Counted from the first letter of the stretch, positions 19,699-30,903 are shown. The stretch is 64,000 nucleotides of DNA from Betaproteobacteria bacterium (GCA_039931715.1 JBDTRN010000001.1:6761-70760); one strand, 5' to 3'. Program-made: numbers and translations. The notes: generated by a model from the sequence alone, not told the origin.

Positions 19699-21192
19699 TC
19701 AAAAGACCGGGTCGAGCCGCCGGTACTGGATGGCCTCCGCGATGTGGGCCGCGCCGACCGACTCCCGCGCCGCAAGGTCCGCGATGCTGCGCGCCACACG
19801 CAGGATGCGGTGATAGGCGCGCGCCGACAATGTCAACTTGGCAAGGGCGTGGCGCAGCAGTTGCTCGCCCTCCGCGCAAGGCATGCAAAACGCTTCCGTT
19901 TCGCGCACACCGAGCAGCGCGTTCAAGCCCTTCTGGCGAGCGTACTGCCTGCCCTGTGCGCCCTCGATCCTCGCTCGCACCGCGCTGCTCGGCTCGCCCG
20001 CAGCAACGGTACCGAAATCCCCGGGCGAAAGGGCAGGGACTTCGATCTTCAGGTCGATGCGATCGGCAAGAGGCCCCGACAGGCGAGCGCGGTAGCGAGC
20101 GATTGCGTCAGGCGTGCAGCGGCATTTTCCCGCTGGGTGGCCTGAATATCCGCACGGGCAGGGATTCATCGCCGCAAGGAGTTGGAAGCGCGCCGGAAAG
20201 CGCGCGTGCCGCGCAGCCCTTGCGATCGACACGCTGCCCGTTTCGAGCGGCTCGCGCAACGTTTCGAGCACGTTGCGCGGGAATTCCGGCAGTTCGTCGA
20301 GAAACAGTACGCCGTGGTGCGCGAGCGAAATCTCGCCCGGTCGCGGATTGCCGCCCCCGCCTACCAGCGCCACGGCGGAGGCGGTGTGGTGAGGCGAGCG
20401 GTATGGGCGCTCACCCCACTGGTCGGGCGAGAACCGACCCGCGGCGGAATGGATCGCAGCGACTTCGAGTGCCTCCGCCTCGTTCAGGGTGGGTAGCAAA
20501 CCTGGAAAGCGCGCCGCCAGCATCGACTTCCCTGCCCCCGGTGGACCGATCATGAGCAGGCAGTGCCCGCCGGCTGCGGCGACTTCCAGCGCACGCTTCG
20601 CCTGTGCCTGGCCTTTGACGTCCGCCATGTCGGGATAGGTCCGACTTGCGCGTGGCTCACCGCGCGCGACATAGCGGGCGAGCGCGCAGTGGCCCGACAG
20701 GTGTGCGCACACGTCAAGCAACGACCGTGCGGGCAGGATATCCGCATGGCCGGACAGCGCCGCCTCGGCCGCACTCTGTGCCGGCAGGACAAACGCGCGG
20801 CCGCGCGCCGCGAACGCCATGGCGAGCGCACCGCGCACCGGGCGCAGTTCGCCGGTCAGCGACAATTCACCCGCGAATTCGTGGGCGTCGAGAGCGGCCG
20901 CTGGAATCTGCGCACTGGCCGCCAGGATGCCGAGCGCAATCGGCAGGTCGAGCCGGCTCGAATCCTTCGGCAGGTCGGCGGGCGCAAGGTTGACCGTGAT
21001 GCGCCGCGCGGGAAATTCGAACCGCGCATGGTTGAGCGCCGCACGCACGCGATCCTTGGATTCCCTGACTTCCGCATCTGGCAGGCCCACGATCGTGAAT
21101 GTCGGCAGGCCCGGCCCCAGGTGGACTTCGACCGTGACCTCGGGTGCGCGGATACCGAGGAGCGCGCGGCTCCGCACGACGGCCAGCGACAT
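19699..21192 (-). CDS. comM: YifB/ComM-family Mg-chelatase-like AAA+ ATPase
   Basis: Lon-like N-domain, Walker A (GPPGAGKS), Walker B (VLFLDE) and a C-terminal ChlI-like region. ATG 21192 is preceded by GGGAGG. Confidence 0.9.
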   Translation of the reverse strand: MSLAVVRSRALLGIRAPEVTVEVHLGPGLPTFTIVGLPDAEVRESKDRVRAALNHARFEFPARRITVNLAPADLPKDSSRLDLPIALGILAASAQIPAAALDAHEFAGELSLTGELRPVRGALAMAFAARGRAFVLPAQSAAEAALSGHADILPARSLLDVCAHLSGHCALARYVARGEPRASRTYPDMADVKGQAQAKRALEVAAAGGHCLLMIGPPGAGKSMLAARFPGLLPTLNEAEALEVAAIHSAAGRFSPDQWGERPYRSPHHTASAVALVGGGGNPRPGEISLAHHGVLFLDELPEFPRNVLETLREPLETGSVSIARAARHARFPARFQLLAAMNPCPCGYSGHPAGKCRCTPDAIARYRARLSGPLADRIDLKIEVPALSPGDFGTVAAGEPSSAVRARIEGAQGRQYARQKGLNALLGVRETEAFCMPCAEGEQLLRHALAKLTLSARAYHRILRVARSIADLAARESVGAAHIAEAIQYRRLDPVF

Positions 21193-21333
21193 GCTTTCCC
21201 CTCCCGGCACGGGAAGTGCCCAAGCATGTTCAACGACGCTCCGGGAGACCCGTTTACCTGCGGGCCAAAAGGACTGCCCGCCGGGGCGCTACCGAATACA
21301 GCAGGCGGGGCGGCAGGAACGCGCCGTTAGTAG

Positions 21334-21597
21334 TTAGCGGGAGCCGAGGTCGGCGCCGGTGGCGGTGTCACGCCCTTCCAACTCGGCCACGCGAGCGTCG
21401 AGCTCAGTGATGCGCGCGCTGGCGCGTTCGAGCACGCGCTTCTGGACTTCGAAGTCCTCGCGCGTCACGAGATCGAACCGCTCGAAAAAAGTGCCCAGCA
21501 GGGCGCGCGTGTTCTTCTCGAAATCGCGCGCCGGGGAGGTCGCGAGGACTTCCGAAATCCTGGCGCCAAGCTCGTCGATGAGGCGGGAATTTGGCAT
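21334..21597 (-). CDS. ubiK: UbiK/YqiC-family ubiquinone biosynthesis accessory factor
   Basis: About 87 aa, coiled-coil, with the conserved motif (LVTREDFEVQ..L.R...L..LE.R). Start at ATG 21597. Confidence 0.8.
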   Translation of the reverse strand: MPNSRLIDELGARISEVLATSPARDFEKNTRALLGTFFERFDLVTREDFEVQKRVLERASARITELDARVAELEGRDTATGADLGSR

Positions 21598-21762
21598 GGG
21601 AGAAGGTGCTGGAAGGAGGGGCGCCATGGTGCCGGCCGAGTCAGCCGGCGCGCGCGGCAGAGCCGAACCAAAAGCAGTCTAGCACGCGGTGCGAAGCTCC
21701 CCGGCGGACCGCAAAGCATGCGCCGCGCCCGCGCACCAGCAGCGGTCAGCCTCCCGTCTTCA

Positions 21763-21856
21763 TGCACCGAATTTGTGCATCCAAGGGCGCAGTGAGCCAT
21801 GTCCCTCATGTTAATCAAAGCGTTAAGGGGATGCCTCATCTGGCACGGGAGGTGCT
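21763..21856 (+). promoter_or_regulatory. NtrC-type UAS, IHF site and sigma-54 promoter for the porin-glnK-amtB operon
   Basis: TGCACCGAATTTGTGCA (21763-21779) versus the NtrC consensus TGCACC-N5-GGTGCA. AATCAAAGCGTTA (21813-21825) fits the IHF consensus WATCAANNNNTTR. TGGCACGGGAGGTGCT (21841-21856) fits the -24 GG / -12 GC consensus TGGCAC-N5-TTGCW. The spacing is the classical enhancer-IHF-promoter layout. Confidence 0.7.
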
Positions 21857-21898
21857 AACCGTGACCAGCTTGCCTTTTCCAATCAGGGAGATTTGAAC

Positions 21899-23150
<1,252 letters not shown>

Positions 23151-23159
23151 GAGATGGGA

Positions 23160-24686
23160 ATGAAAAAAATATTTGCATGCATAGCGCTCGCGGCCGGCCT
23201 CGCGCTCGGGGGCACCGCCCTCGCGCAGGACAAGGCGGCGGCACCTGCGGTCGACGCGAAACCGGCGGCAACCACGCCCGCGGACGCAGGCAAGCCGGCC
23301 GATGCGGCGAAGGCAGTGGACGCCGCCAAACCCGTTGCGGCAGCCGATGCCAAACCGGCGGAAGCGGCCAAGCCCAAGGTCGACAAAGGCGACACGGCGT
23401 GGATGCTCATCGCCACCGCGCTCGTGATCCTCATGACCATCCCGGGACTGGCCCTGTTTTACGCCGGCATGGTGCGCTCGAAGAACGTGCTCTCGGTGCT
23501 GATGCAGGTGTTCGTCTGCTTCTGCCTCATCGCCGTGCTGTGGGTGATCTATGGCTATTCGGTCGCTTTCACGGGCGGCAACGCGTTCTTCGGCGGCTTC
23601 TCCAAGATGTTCCTGTCGGGCGTCAACGCCGATGCGGTCGCGGCGACATTCTCCAAGGGCGTGGTCATTCCCGAGCTTGCATTCGTGGTGTTCCAGCTCA
23701 CTTTCGCCGCGATTACGCCGGCCCTGATCGTCGGTGCGTTTGCCGAGCGGGTTAAGTTCTCGGCGGTACTGGTGTTCATAGTCCTTTGGTTCACGTTCGC
23801 CTACCTGCCCATTGCGCATATGGTCTGGTACTGGGATGGCCCGGATGCGATCACCGATGCCAAAACGCTGGAAACGGTGACGGCGGCCGCGGGCTGGCTG
23901 TGGGCCAGGGGCGCGCTGGACTTTGCCGGGGGCACGGTGGTGCACCTCAATGCCGGTATCGCCGGATTGGTCGGGGCGTACGTGATTGGAAAGCGGGTGG
24001 GCTACGGCAAGGAATCGATGGCGCCGCACAACCTGCCGTTGACCATGATCGGCGCATGCCTGTTGTGGGTGGGCTGGTTCGGTTTCAATGCCGGCTCCAA
24101 CCTCGAGGCCAACGGCACCACCGCCATGGCGTTCCTGAACACGCTTGTGGCCACGGCAGCGGCCACGCTGGCCTGGTCGGTAATCGAGTCCTTCGGCAAG
24201 GGCAAGGCTTCGATGCTCGGTGCGGTATCGGGCGCAGTGGCCGGCCTGGTCGCGATCACGCCGGCCTGCGGCTTCGTGGGCACCATGGGCGCCCTGATCA
24301 TCGGCGTCATTGCCGGGCTGGTGTGTTACTGGGGTGTCAACGGCCTCAAGCGCATGCTGGGCGCGGACGATTCGCTGGATGTGTTCGGCGTGCACGGCCT
24401 GGGCGGCGCCACCGGCGCGATCCTGACCGGCGTATTTGCCGCGCCGTCGCTTGGCGGTGCGGGGATCTTCGACTACGTCGCCAACAAGACCGCCGATGCC
24501 TATTCGATCTGGGACCAGGTGGTCATCCAGGCCACCGGCTGCCTCACCACGGTGGTGTGGTCAGGCGTTGTGGCCTTCATCGCGTTCAAGCTGGTCGACC
24601 TGACCATCGGCCTGCGCGTGACCGAAGAGGAAGAGCGCGAAGGCCTCGACGTCTCCTCCCACGGCGAGGGTGCGTATCGCATGTAA
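23160..24686 (+). CDS. amtB: ammonium transporter
   Basis: Amt/MEP core (DFAGGTVVHLNAG, GVHG.GG). ATG 23160 is preferred because it lies 6 nt after AGGAG. The N-terminus carries a signal peptide and a long Ala/Lys/Pro-rich extension. Confidence 0.95.
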   Translation: MKKIFACIALAAGLALGGTALAQDKAAAPAVDAKPAATTPADAGKPADAAKAVDAAKPVAAADAKPAEAAKPKVDKGDTAWMLIATALVILMTIPGLALFYAGMVRSKNVLSVLMQVFVCFCLIAVLWVIYGYSVAFTGGNAFFGGFSKMFLSGVNADAVAATFSKGVVIPELAFVVFQLTFAAITPALIVGAFAERVKFSAVLVFIVLWFTFAYLPIAHMVWYWDGPDAITDAKTLETVTAAAGWLWARGALDFAGGTVVHLNAGIAGLVGAYVIGKRVGYGKESMAPHNLPLTMIGACLLWVGWFGFNAGSNLEANGTTAMAFLNTLVATAAATLAWSVIESFGKGKASMLGAVSGAVAGLVAITPACGFVGTMGALIIGVIAGLVCYWGVNGLKRMLGADDSLDVFGVHGLGGATGAILTGVFAAPSLGGAGIFDYVANKTADAYSIWDQVVIQATGCLTTVVWSGVVAFIAFKLVDLTIGLRVTEEEEREGLDVSSHGEGAYRM

Positions 24687-24701
24687 AAAAGGCTTTCCCG
24701 G

Positions 24702-24731
24702 AAAAGGGCGCCCTCGCGGGCGCCCTTTTTT
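24702..24731. terminator. bidirectional intrinsic terminator between amtB and the convergent ABC operon
   Basis: AAAAGGGCGCCC-TCGC-GGGCGCCCTTTTTTT. An 8-bp GC stem is flanked by an A-run and a T-run, so it can terminate on both strands. Confidence 0.85.
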
Positions 24732-25433
24732 TCAGCCCGCGACGATGAGGCCGGCAAGGCGCGCGGGATCGGCGAGCAGTTCGCTGCTCGCACCGCTGAA
24801 CACCACGCGCCCGCGGTTGAGCACCAACGCGTGCGCCGTGACCTCGAGCGCCAGACGCGCCGACTGTTCCACCAGCACCACCGTCAACGATTCTTCGCGC
24901 GCAAGGCGCTCGATCGCCGCGAGCAGCGCGTCAACGATGATGGGTGCAAGCCCCTCGAGAGGTTCGTCAAGGAGCAGCAGCGCCGGATCTCCCATCAGCG
25001 CCCGCCCCATCGACAGCATCTGCTGCTCACCACCGGAGATCTGGTTTCCCATGTGCGAGCGGCGCTCGGCCAGGCGGGGAAACAGCTCGTATACACGCTC
25101 GCATGACCAGCGGCCCGGGCGTGCCGCCACGAGCAGGTTTTCCTCCACCGTGAGGGAGGCGAAGATGTCGCGCGTTTGCGGCACGTATCCGATGCCCAGC
25201 CTCGAGCGCTCGTGCACCGGCAGCGCGTCGATGCGCTTTCCCTGGAGCTCGATCCATCCTGAATGGAACGTGGTAAGACCCATGATCGTCGCCAGCAAAG
25301 TGGTTTTCCCGACCCCATTGCGGCCGAGCACGGCCAGCGATGCCTGCCCGGCAAGCGCGAAATCAATGTCCTCCAGCACCACCGTGGCGCCGTAGCCGGC
25401 GCGCACACCGGTGAGCTTCAGCGCCTCATGCAT
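24732..25433 (-). CDS. HAAT-family ABC transporter ATP-binding protein (LivF-like)
   Basis: Walker A (GRNGVGKTT), ABC signature (ISGGEQQML) and Walker B (LLLLDEP). Start at ATG 25433 overlaps the upstream gene's end by 8 nt. Confidence 0.92.
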   Translation of the reverse strand: MHEALKLTGVRAGYGATVVLEDIDFALAGQASLAVLGRNGVGKTTLLATIMGLTTFHSGWIELQGKRIDALPVHERSRLGIGYVPQTRDIFASLTVEENLLVAARPGRWSCERVYELFPRLAERRSHMGNQISGGEQQMLSMGRALMGDPALLLLDEPLEGLAPIIVDALLAAIERLAREESLTVVLVEQSARLALEVTAHALVLNRGRVVFSGASSELLADPARLAGLIVAG

Positions 25434-26175
25434 GCCGCTCACCGAGATACACGCGCTGCACGCGCTCGTCGCCGGCAATCTCTTCGGGTGAACCTTCGCA
25501 CAGGATTTCCCCCTGCACGAGCACTGTGATCCGGCGCGCGAAACGGAACACGAGGTCCATGTCGTGCTCGATCACGAGAATCGCGATTTCCGCCGGCAGG
25601 CCGTCGAGCGCCCGCAGGATCCGCTCGGACTCAAGCGAAGGCACGCCCGCGGCCGGCTCGTCCAGCAGCAGCACCGTGGGCCTGAGTCCCAGCGCGATGG
25701 CGATCTCGACCAGCCTTTGCTTGCCATAAGGCAGGTCCACCACCCGGCGGGCGGCTTCGTCGGCGATCCCGAGCGAAGCCAAAAGGTCGGTGGCCTCCTC
25801 GCGCACCGCCGCATGAGCGCAGGCCGGGCGCCATAACCGGCCCGACAACCCGCGCCGCTCGGCGATGCCGAGCGCCACGTTGTCCAGCACGCACATCTCG
25901 CGAAACAGGGTGTTGATCTGGAACGTGCGACCCAGGCCGCGCTTGACCCGCGCCGACTGTGACAGCGCCGTGACGTCCTTGCCGCCGAGGAAGACTCGTC
26001 CGGACGAGGGCGCGAGCCGGCCAGTCAGGAGATTGACGAAAGTGGTCTTGCCCGCGCCGTTGGGCCCGATCAGCGCATGGCGATCGCCAGGAGCGAGACT
26101 GAAGTTGATTTTTTCCGCCACTGTGAGCGCGCCGAAGCGCATGCACAAATCGCGCGTTTCGATGACCGCGCTCAC
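25426..26175 (-). CDS. HAAT-family ABC transporter ATP-binding protein (LivG-like)
   Basis: Walker A (GPNGAGKTT), LPYGKQRLVEIA and LLLDEPAAG. GTG 26175 overlaps the permease stop (GTGA). The 598-aa track ORF is a frame-overlap artefact. Confidence 0.92.
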   Translation of the reverse strand: MSAVIETRDLCMRFGALTVAEKINFSLAPGDRHALIGPNGAGKTTFVNLLTGRLAPSSGRVFLGGKDVTALSQSARVKRGLGRTFQINTLFREMCVLDNVALGIAERRGLSGRLWRPACAHAAVREEATDLLASLGIADEAARRVVDLPYGKQRLVEIAIALGLRPTVLLLDEPAAGVPSLESERILRALDGLPAEIAILVIEHDMDLVFRFARRITVLVQGEILCEGSPEEIAGDERVQRVYLGERHA

Positions 26176-27146
26176 GTCCTCCCCCTCACCCGGCGCAGGA
26201 GCGCATCGGAGATTCCGAGGATCCCCCCGCGTGCGAACAGCACTACCAGCACGAGGATCAGGCCGATGCCGAAATACCAGTACTCGGGGAACTGGCGCGC
26301 CAGGTAGTCCTGCGCGATGAGGAACACCAGGGGGCCGACGAACGCCCCGTAAAGGCGCCCGACCCCGCCCAGGATGAGCATGACCAGCAACTCGCCCGAG
26401 GGCTCGAAGCCCAGCACGTTGAGTCCCACGAACTGGTTGGTCTGGGTGAGCAGCACACCGGCGACGCCGGCAATGGCTGCGGCAATCGTGTAGACGGTGA
26501 GCAGGCGCAGGTAGACTGGCGCGCCGATGGACTGCATGCGCAGGCGGTTCTCGCGGATCCCCGTGAGGCTGGCGCCGAACGGCGAATAGATCAGCCGCCG
26601 CACCAGCCACCATCCGGCGAAGACCAGCGCGAGGCACCACAGGTAAGCCGTGCGACCGTACATGTCGAACCTGAACTGGCCGAAGATCGCCGCCACCGTG
26701 ACGCCCGAAAGCCCGTCCGCGCCGCCGGTCACGGGCGTGGCCTTGTTGGCGATCTCGAGGCACACCGCAGCCACCGCGAGCGTCAACATGAGCTGGGCCA
26801 GTCCATGCGTGCGCAAGATGACTGCTCCGGTGACAAGGCCGAGCAGCCCCGCCGCGGACGCGCCGGCCAGCAGCTGCAGGATCGGGTCGGCCAGGCCAAG
26901 CTTGGCCGAGAGGATTCCGGCCACGTAGGCGCCGGTGCCGAAAAACGCGGCGTGGCCGAGCGTGACAATGCCGGCATAGCCCACGATGAGGTCGAGCGAC
27001 AGCGCGAACAGGATGAAGGTGAGGACGCGCGCGCCGAGCGAAAGATAATTGGGTAGCAGGAAAAACACCGCGATCGCCACGATCCACGGCAGGTACTCGG
27101 TCCAACGCAGGCGCGAATCGGCAGCGTACCCGACGGGATGGTTCAT
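26172..27146 (-). CDS. HAAT-family ABC transporter permease (LivM-like)
   Basis: Polytopic membrane protein with GYAGIVTLGHAAFFGTGAY. ATG 27146 overlaps the LivH-like stop (ATGA). Confidence 0.9.
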   Translation of the reverse strand: MNHPVGYAADSRLRWTEYLPWIVAIAVFFLLPNYLSLGARVLTFILFALSLDLIVGYAGIVTLGHAAFFGTGAYVAGILSAKLGLADPILQLLAGASAAGLLGLVTGAVILRTHGLAQLMLTLAVAAVCLEIANKATPVTGGADGLSGVTVAAIFGQFRFDMYGRTAYLWCLALVFAGWWLVRRLIYSPFGASLTGIRENRLRMQSIGAPVYLRLLTVYTIAAAIAGVAGVLLTQTNQFVGLNVLGFEPSGELLVMLILGGVGRLYGAFVGPLVFLIAQDYLARQFPEYWYFGIGLILVLVVLFARGGILGISDALLRRVRGRT

Positions 27147-28018
27147 GCGCTTTTCCCGAACAGGCCGGCGGGGCGCCACAGCAGCAGGCCGATGGTCGCC
27201 ACGTAGATGAAGAAAGCACCAAACTGCGGCAGCCAGTATTTGCAGGCCGTGTCGGTGACGCCGATGAGCAAGGCCGCCACGAACGGTCCCCGCAGGCTGC
27301 CCATGCCGCCCACCGACACGACGATCAGAAAGTAAACCAGCTGCTCGAAAGGGTAAGTAGGCTGGATGGCGATGATCTCCGCGCCGAGCGCGCCGCCCAG
27401 TCCGGCCAGGCCGCTGCCAACCGCGAATGTGATCGTGAACAAGCGCTTGGTGTTGATGCCGATCGCTTGCGCCATCGCGCGATTGTCGACCGCCGCGCGC
27501 ACCATGGCGCCCCACAGCGTTCGCTCCACGCCGAACCACAATACCGCGATCATCGATGAGCTGAAGACGATCAGGAACACCCGGTAGATGGGGAACTCAC
27601 GGCCAAACAGGGCAAGCGGCCCTTTCAGCGATTCGGGGAGCTCCACCGGTTGCTGCAGCGTGCCGAAGATCATCCGGGCCACCGCGACCGACATGAAGAT
27701 CAGCCCGATTGTAAACAGCACCTGCTCGAGTTCTGATGCGCCGTAAAGGCGCGCGTACAGCAGGCGCTCGAGCACCACGCTCACTGCGGCGACCAACACG
27801 AACGAAAGCGCCAGCGCCAGCGGGAACGGGAGGTCAAAGCGGCTCAGCGCGGAGACCAGGATGTAGCCCCCGGCCATCGCAAACACGCCATGGGCGAGGT
27901 TGGTGAACCCCATCAGTCCCATGGTCACCGAAAGCCCCACCGAGATCACGTACAGGATCATCCCGTACGCAACCCCGTGGAATGCAACGCTCACCAGGGA
28001 CGACAGCAGGGCATCCAT
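27143..28018 (-). CDS. HAAT-family ABC transporter permease (LivH-like)
   Basis: 291 aa, polytopic, with GFTNLAHGVFAMAGGY typical of the LivH family. Confidence 0.9.
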   Translation of the reverse strand: MDALLSSLVSVAFHGVAYGMILYVISVGLSVTMGLMGFTNLAHGVFAMAGGYILVSALSRFDLPFPLALALSFVLVAAVSVVLERLLYARLYGASELEQVLFTIGLIFMSVAVARMIFGTLQQPVELPESLKGPLALFGREFPIYRVFLIVFSSSMIAVLWFGVERTLWGAMVRAAVDNRAMAQAIGINTKRLFTITFAVGSGLAGLGGALGAEIIAIQPTYPFEQLVYFLIVVSVGGMGSLRGPFVAALLIGVTDTACKYWLPQFGAFFIYVATIGLLLWRPAGLFGKSA

Positions 28019-28084
28019 GCGGGGATGGCTCTATGCCGGGCACGACGAGGGCCCCGCGCCGGACCGGGCGCGGGGGCGGGGCGT

Positions 28085-29275
28085 TTACTTCTTCTCGAAT
28101 TCCTTCAGCGGATCCTTGATGGCATTCGTGATGGTTTCCAGCTCGACGTTGGCGAGCTTGCCGCCGACCTTGCGCACTTCGCGCAGGTACTCGGGGTTGA
28201 TCACGTCGCGCGTGGCAGGATCGACCGACACCGGGCCGCGCGGGCTGGTGGTGCTCTTGTAATGGGTGAGGATTTCCATCGTCTTGTCAGGGTCGATCTT
28301 GCCGCCCTGCGCGCGGATGGCGGTGTAGATCGCATCCATCGCGTCCCAGGCACCCACGACCATGAAGCCCGGATTGAGGTCCGCACCGTATTCCTTCTTG
28401 TACGCGGCCACGAATGCCTTGTTCGCGGGACGGTCTGCCGCGGCCGAGTAATGGTGCACGGTGATCACCCCGAGGGCCGCGTCGCCCATGCCCTGCAGTT
28501 CCTCGTCGGTGGTGATGTCGCCGGTGCCGAGGTACTTGATGTTGGCCTTGTCCATGCCGAGGTCGCCGTAGGCCTTCATCATCGCGGTGGCCTGCTTACC
28601 GGCCGGGTTGAAGGCGAACAACGCGTCGGGCTTGGCGTCCTTGATGCGCTGCATGAACGGCACAAAATCCGGGTTCGCAAGCGGGATGCGCACCGTGCCG
28701 ATCACCTCGCCGCCGCCCTCCTTGAAGCCGCGCACGAAGCAGCCTTCGGCCTCGTGGCCGGGTGCGAAATCGCTCACCGCCGAATAAGCACGCTTGTATT
28801 TCTTGGCCGCCCACTGGCCGAGCGGGTACGCGGACTGGCACAGCGTGAAGGACAGGCGCGTCATGTACGGCGACATGCCCACCACCTTGGCGCCCGACGC
28901 ATTGGCGCTCACGAACGGGACTTTCGCCTCGGCTGTAAGCGGCGCAATCGCCGCCATGTTCGGCGTCCACACCACGCCGGTCAGGATCTGCACCTTGTCG
29001 CGCACGATCAGTTCCTGGGCCACGCGCTTGGCGACGTCCCCGTTGGGGCCGGTGTCGTCGCGCGTGATGAGCTCCACCTTGACCCCGGGCGGGAGCTTGT
29101 CAGCATGCAACTTCATGTACAGCTTGACGCCCTTGTCGACCTGGTCGCCCTGGGCCGCGCCAGGGCCGCTATAGGAGCTGATGAGACCGATCTTGACGGT
29201 CTGGGCTGCGGCTGGCGACGCCCACGCCATTGCGAGCACGGCGACGGTCATGCAGAACGATGCGGGGATTCTCAT
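28085..29275 (-). CDS. HAAT-family ABC transporter periplasmic substrate-binding protein (LivK-like; possibly aromatic-acid binding)
   Basis: Signal peptide ending AAAQ, then a type-I PBP fold (VKIGLISSYSGPGAAQG). Start at ATG 29275. Divergent from an aryl-CoA ligase gene. Confidence 0.88.
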   Translation of the reverse strand: MRIPASFCMTVAVLAMAWASPAAAQTVKIGLISSYSGPGAAQGDQVDKGVKLYMKLHADKLPPGVKVELITRDDTGPNGDVAKRVAQELIVRDKVQILTGVVWTPNMAAIAPLTAEAKVPFVSANASGAKVVGMSPYMTRLSFTLCQSAYPLGQWAAKKYKRAYSAVSDFAPGHEAEGCFVRGFKEGGGEVIGTVRIPLANPDFVPFMQRIKDAKPDALFAFNPAGKQATAMMKAYGDLGMDKANIKYLGTGDITTDEELQGMGDAALGVITVHHYSAAADRPANKAFVAAYKKEYGADLNPGFMVVGAWDAMDAIYTAIRAQGGKIDPDKTMEILTHYKSTTSPRGPVSVDPATRDVINPEYLREVRKVGGKLANVELETITNAIKDPLKEFEKK

Positions 29276-29362
29276 GATTCTCCTCCTTCGGTGGCCCTTC
29301 ACGCCGGGTCGGCCCGGCCGTTGTGCAGTCAGTCTATCAAAGATCGATTAGCATGCCTGTCC

Positions 29363-30856
29363 ATGAACGCGGCCGACCATTTGCTCGGCAAAACGGCACT
29401 GGCCCGCTACGGCAGCCGGGTGGCGTTGTGGTGTGGCGACGAGCAGATTTCCTTTGCGGAACTCGCCATGAGCGTGCGCCGCGCGGCCGCGGCCTGGGAA
29501 GCGCACGACGCGCGGCCGGGCGACCGGGTCATGATCCTGCTGCGCGACACACCCGAGTTTGTCGCCGCCTGGCTGGGCGCCCTCCATGTTGGCGTGGTCG
29601 CGGTTGCTGTGAACGACAAGCTGCCCGCGGCAGAGCGACAGTTCGTGTTCGAAGACTGCGCCGCGCGCGTGTTTCTTGCCGAAGACGACACAGCCGCCCT
29701 GACGCGCACCTACGCCGGCGACAAGTGCGTTAGCCTGTCGGCGTGGCGCCACGCCCTAGCTGCTGCCACCCCGCGCGGTCGCGCGGCCACAATGCGTCCA
29801 ACCGACCCCGCTTTCTGGCTCTACTCGTCGGGCACCACCGGCCACCCTAAAGGCATTGTGCACACGCACAAGGACGTCCTGCCCGCCGGCGCGGCGATGC
29901 GCGAGATCCTCGGACTCGATGAGCACGATACGGTGGTGGCGACTTCGAGGCTGTACTTCGCCTATGGCTTGGAGCACGCCCTGCTCGGACCCCTGGCACT
30001 GGGGGCGTCGTCCGTGCTTTGCCCCGATCCCCCCGACGCGGTCGAAGCGACGCGCCTCGTCGCCCGGCACCGGCCCAGCGCGTTTTTCTCCGTGCCTTCG
30101 TTCTACCGGCGCCTCCTGGGCCTCGACACGGACGCCCTTAAACCTTTTCGCTCGGTGCGCTATTGCATCGCTGCCGGCGAGCGCCTGCCGGCGCAAGTGC
30201 TCGATCGCTGGCACGCCGCCACCGGCGGGGAGATCCTGTCGCTGTACGGGATGTCCGAGACGTTCTGCGTTTCGCTGATGACACCGCCCGGCACGTCGCG
30301 GGCCGCGCGCACCGGGTTGCCTGTGGCGGGTGTCGAAACACGGCTCCTCGACGATGCCGGAGGGCAGGTGATGACGGGCGAGGCGGGGGTGCTGTGGATC
30401 CGCCATCCGGCGCTGGCCACCGGCTACGCCAACCGTCCGGAAGCGACGCGCGAACAGTTCCGGGAAGGATGGTTCTGCACGCGGGACGTGTTCGTGCGCG
30501 ACGCCGAAGGATTCTTCTCCCACCAGGGGCGCATCGACGAGTTCATCAAGATCGCCGGCCAATGGGTGCAGCCAGGCGAAGTCGAAGAGATCGCGGTCGC
30601 CGCGGGGGCCGTCGCCGAAGCCGCGTGCGTGAGGGTGAGCGATTCCGACGGCTTCGAACGGCTGGCGCTGTTTGTCACATCGGGCGCCGACCCCGCCATG
30701 GCACTGGAAGCAGTGCAGCGCGCCTGTGAAAACGCCCTGCCGCGCCACAAGCGCCCCAAATGGATACGCGCCGTGGCCGAGCTTCCGCGCACCGCAACGG
30801 GCAAGATCCAGCGATTCAAATTGCGCGAACTGATCGAGCGCGAACTGGCCGGATAA
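29363..30856 (+). CDS. benzoate-CoA ligase-family aryl-CoA ligase (AMP-forming)
   Basis: AMP-binding motif (YSSGTTGHPKGIVHTH). The N-terminal block (LLRDTPEFVAAWLGALHVGVVAVAVN) resembles benzoate and hydroxybenzoate CoA ligases. Start is ATG 29363; the 988-aa track ORF's first 491 aa are antisense to the ABC genes. Confidence 0.85.
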   Translation: MNAADHLLGKTALARYGSRVALWCGDEQISFAELAMSVRRAAAAWEAHDARPGDRVMILLRDTPEFVAAWLGALHVGVVAVAVNDKLPAAERQFVFEDCAARVFLAEDDTAALTRTYAGDKCVSLSAWRHALAAATPRGRAATMRPTDPAFWLYSSGTTGHPKGIVHTHKDVLPAGAAMREILGLDEHDTVVATSRLYFAYGLEHALLGPLALGASSVLCPDPPDAVEATRLVARHRPSAFFSVPSFYRRLLGLDTDALKPFRSVRYCIAAGERLPAQVLDRWHAATGGEILSLYGMSETFCVSLMTPPGTSRAARTGLPVAGVETRLLDDAGGQVMTGEAGVLWIRHPALATGYANRPEATREQFREGWFCTRDVFVRDAEGFFSHQGRIDEFIKIAGQWVQPGEVEEIAVAAGAVAEAACVRVSDSDGFERLALFVTSGADPAMALEAVQRACENALPRHKRPKWIRAVAELPRTATGKIQRFKLRELIERELAG

Positions 30857-30903
30857 TTGACTAAAATGCCTGCCTTTCCGCCCTTCTTTCCTGCGAGGCA
30901 GCC

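Noticed and set aside
25426-27222. 598-aa ORF apparently fusing a permease-sized N-terminus to the LivG-like ATPase
   Set aside because: The N-terminal 349 aa are an alternative frame of the LivM-like gene. The real ATPase starts at GTG 26175 and overlaps the permease stop.
27890-29362. N-terminal 491 aa of the 988-aa ORF that ends as the aryl-CoA ligase
   Set aside because: This part is antisense to the LivH-like permease and the SBP gene. Ligase homology starts at MNAADHLLG (ATG 29363), so there is no giant fusion protein.
29276-29362. Possible operator palindrome (CTATCAAAGATCGATTAG) in the SBP/CoA-ligase divergent promoter
   Set aside because: The half-sites are poorly symmetrical apart from a central ATCGAT, and no regulator gene is adjacent. 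The evidence is too weak to call a binding site.
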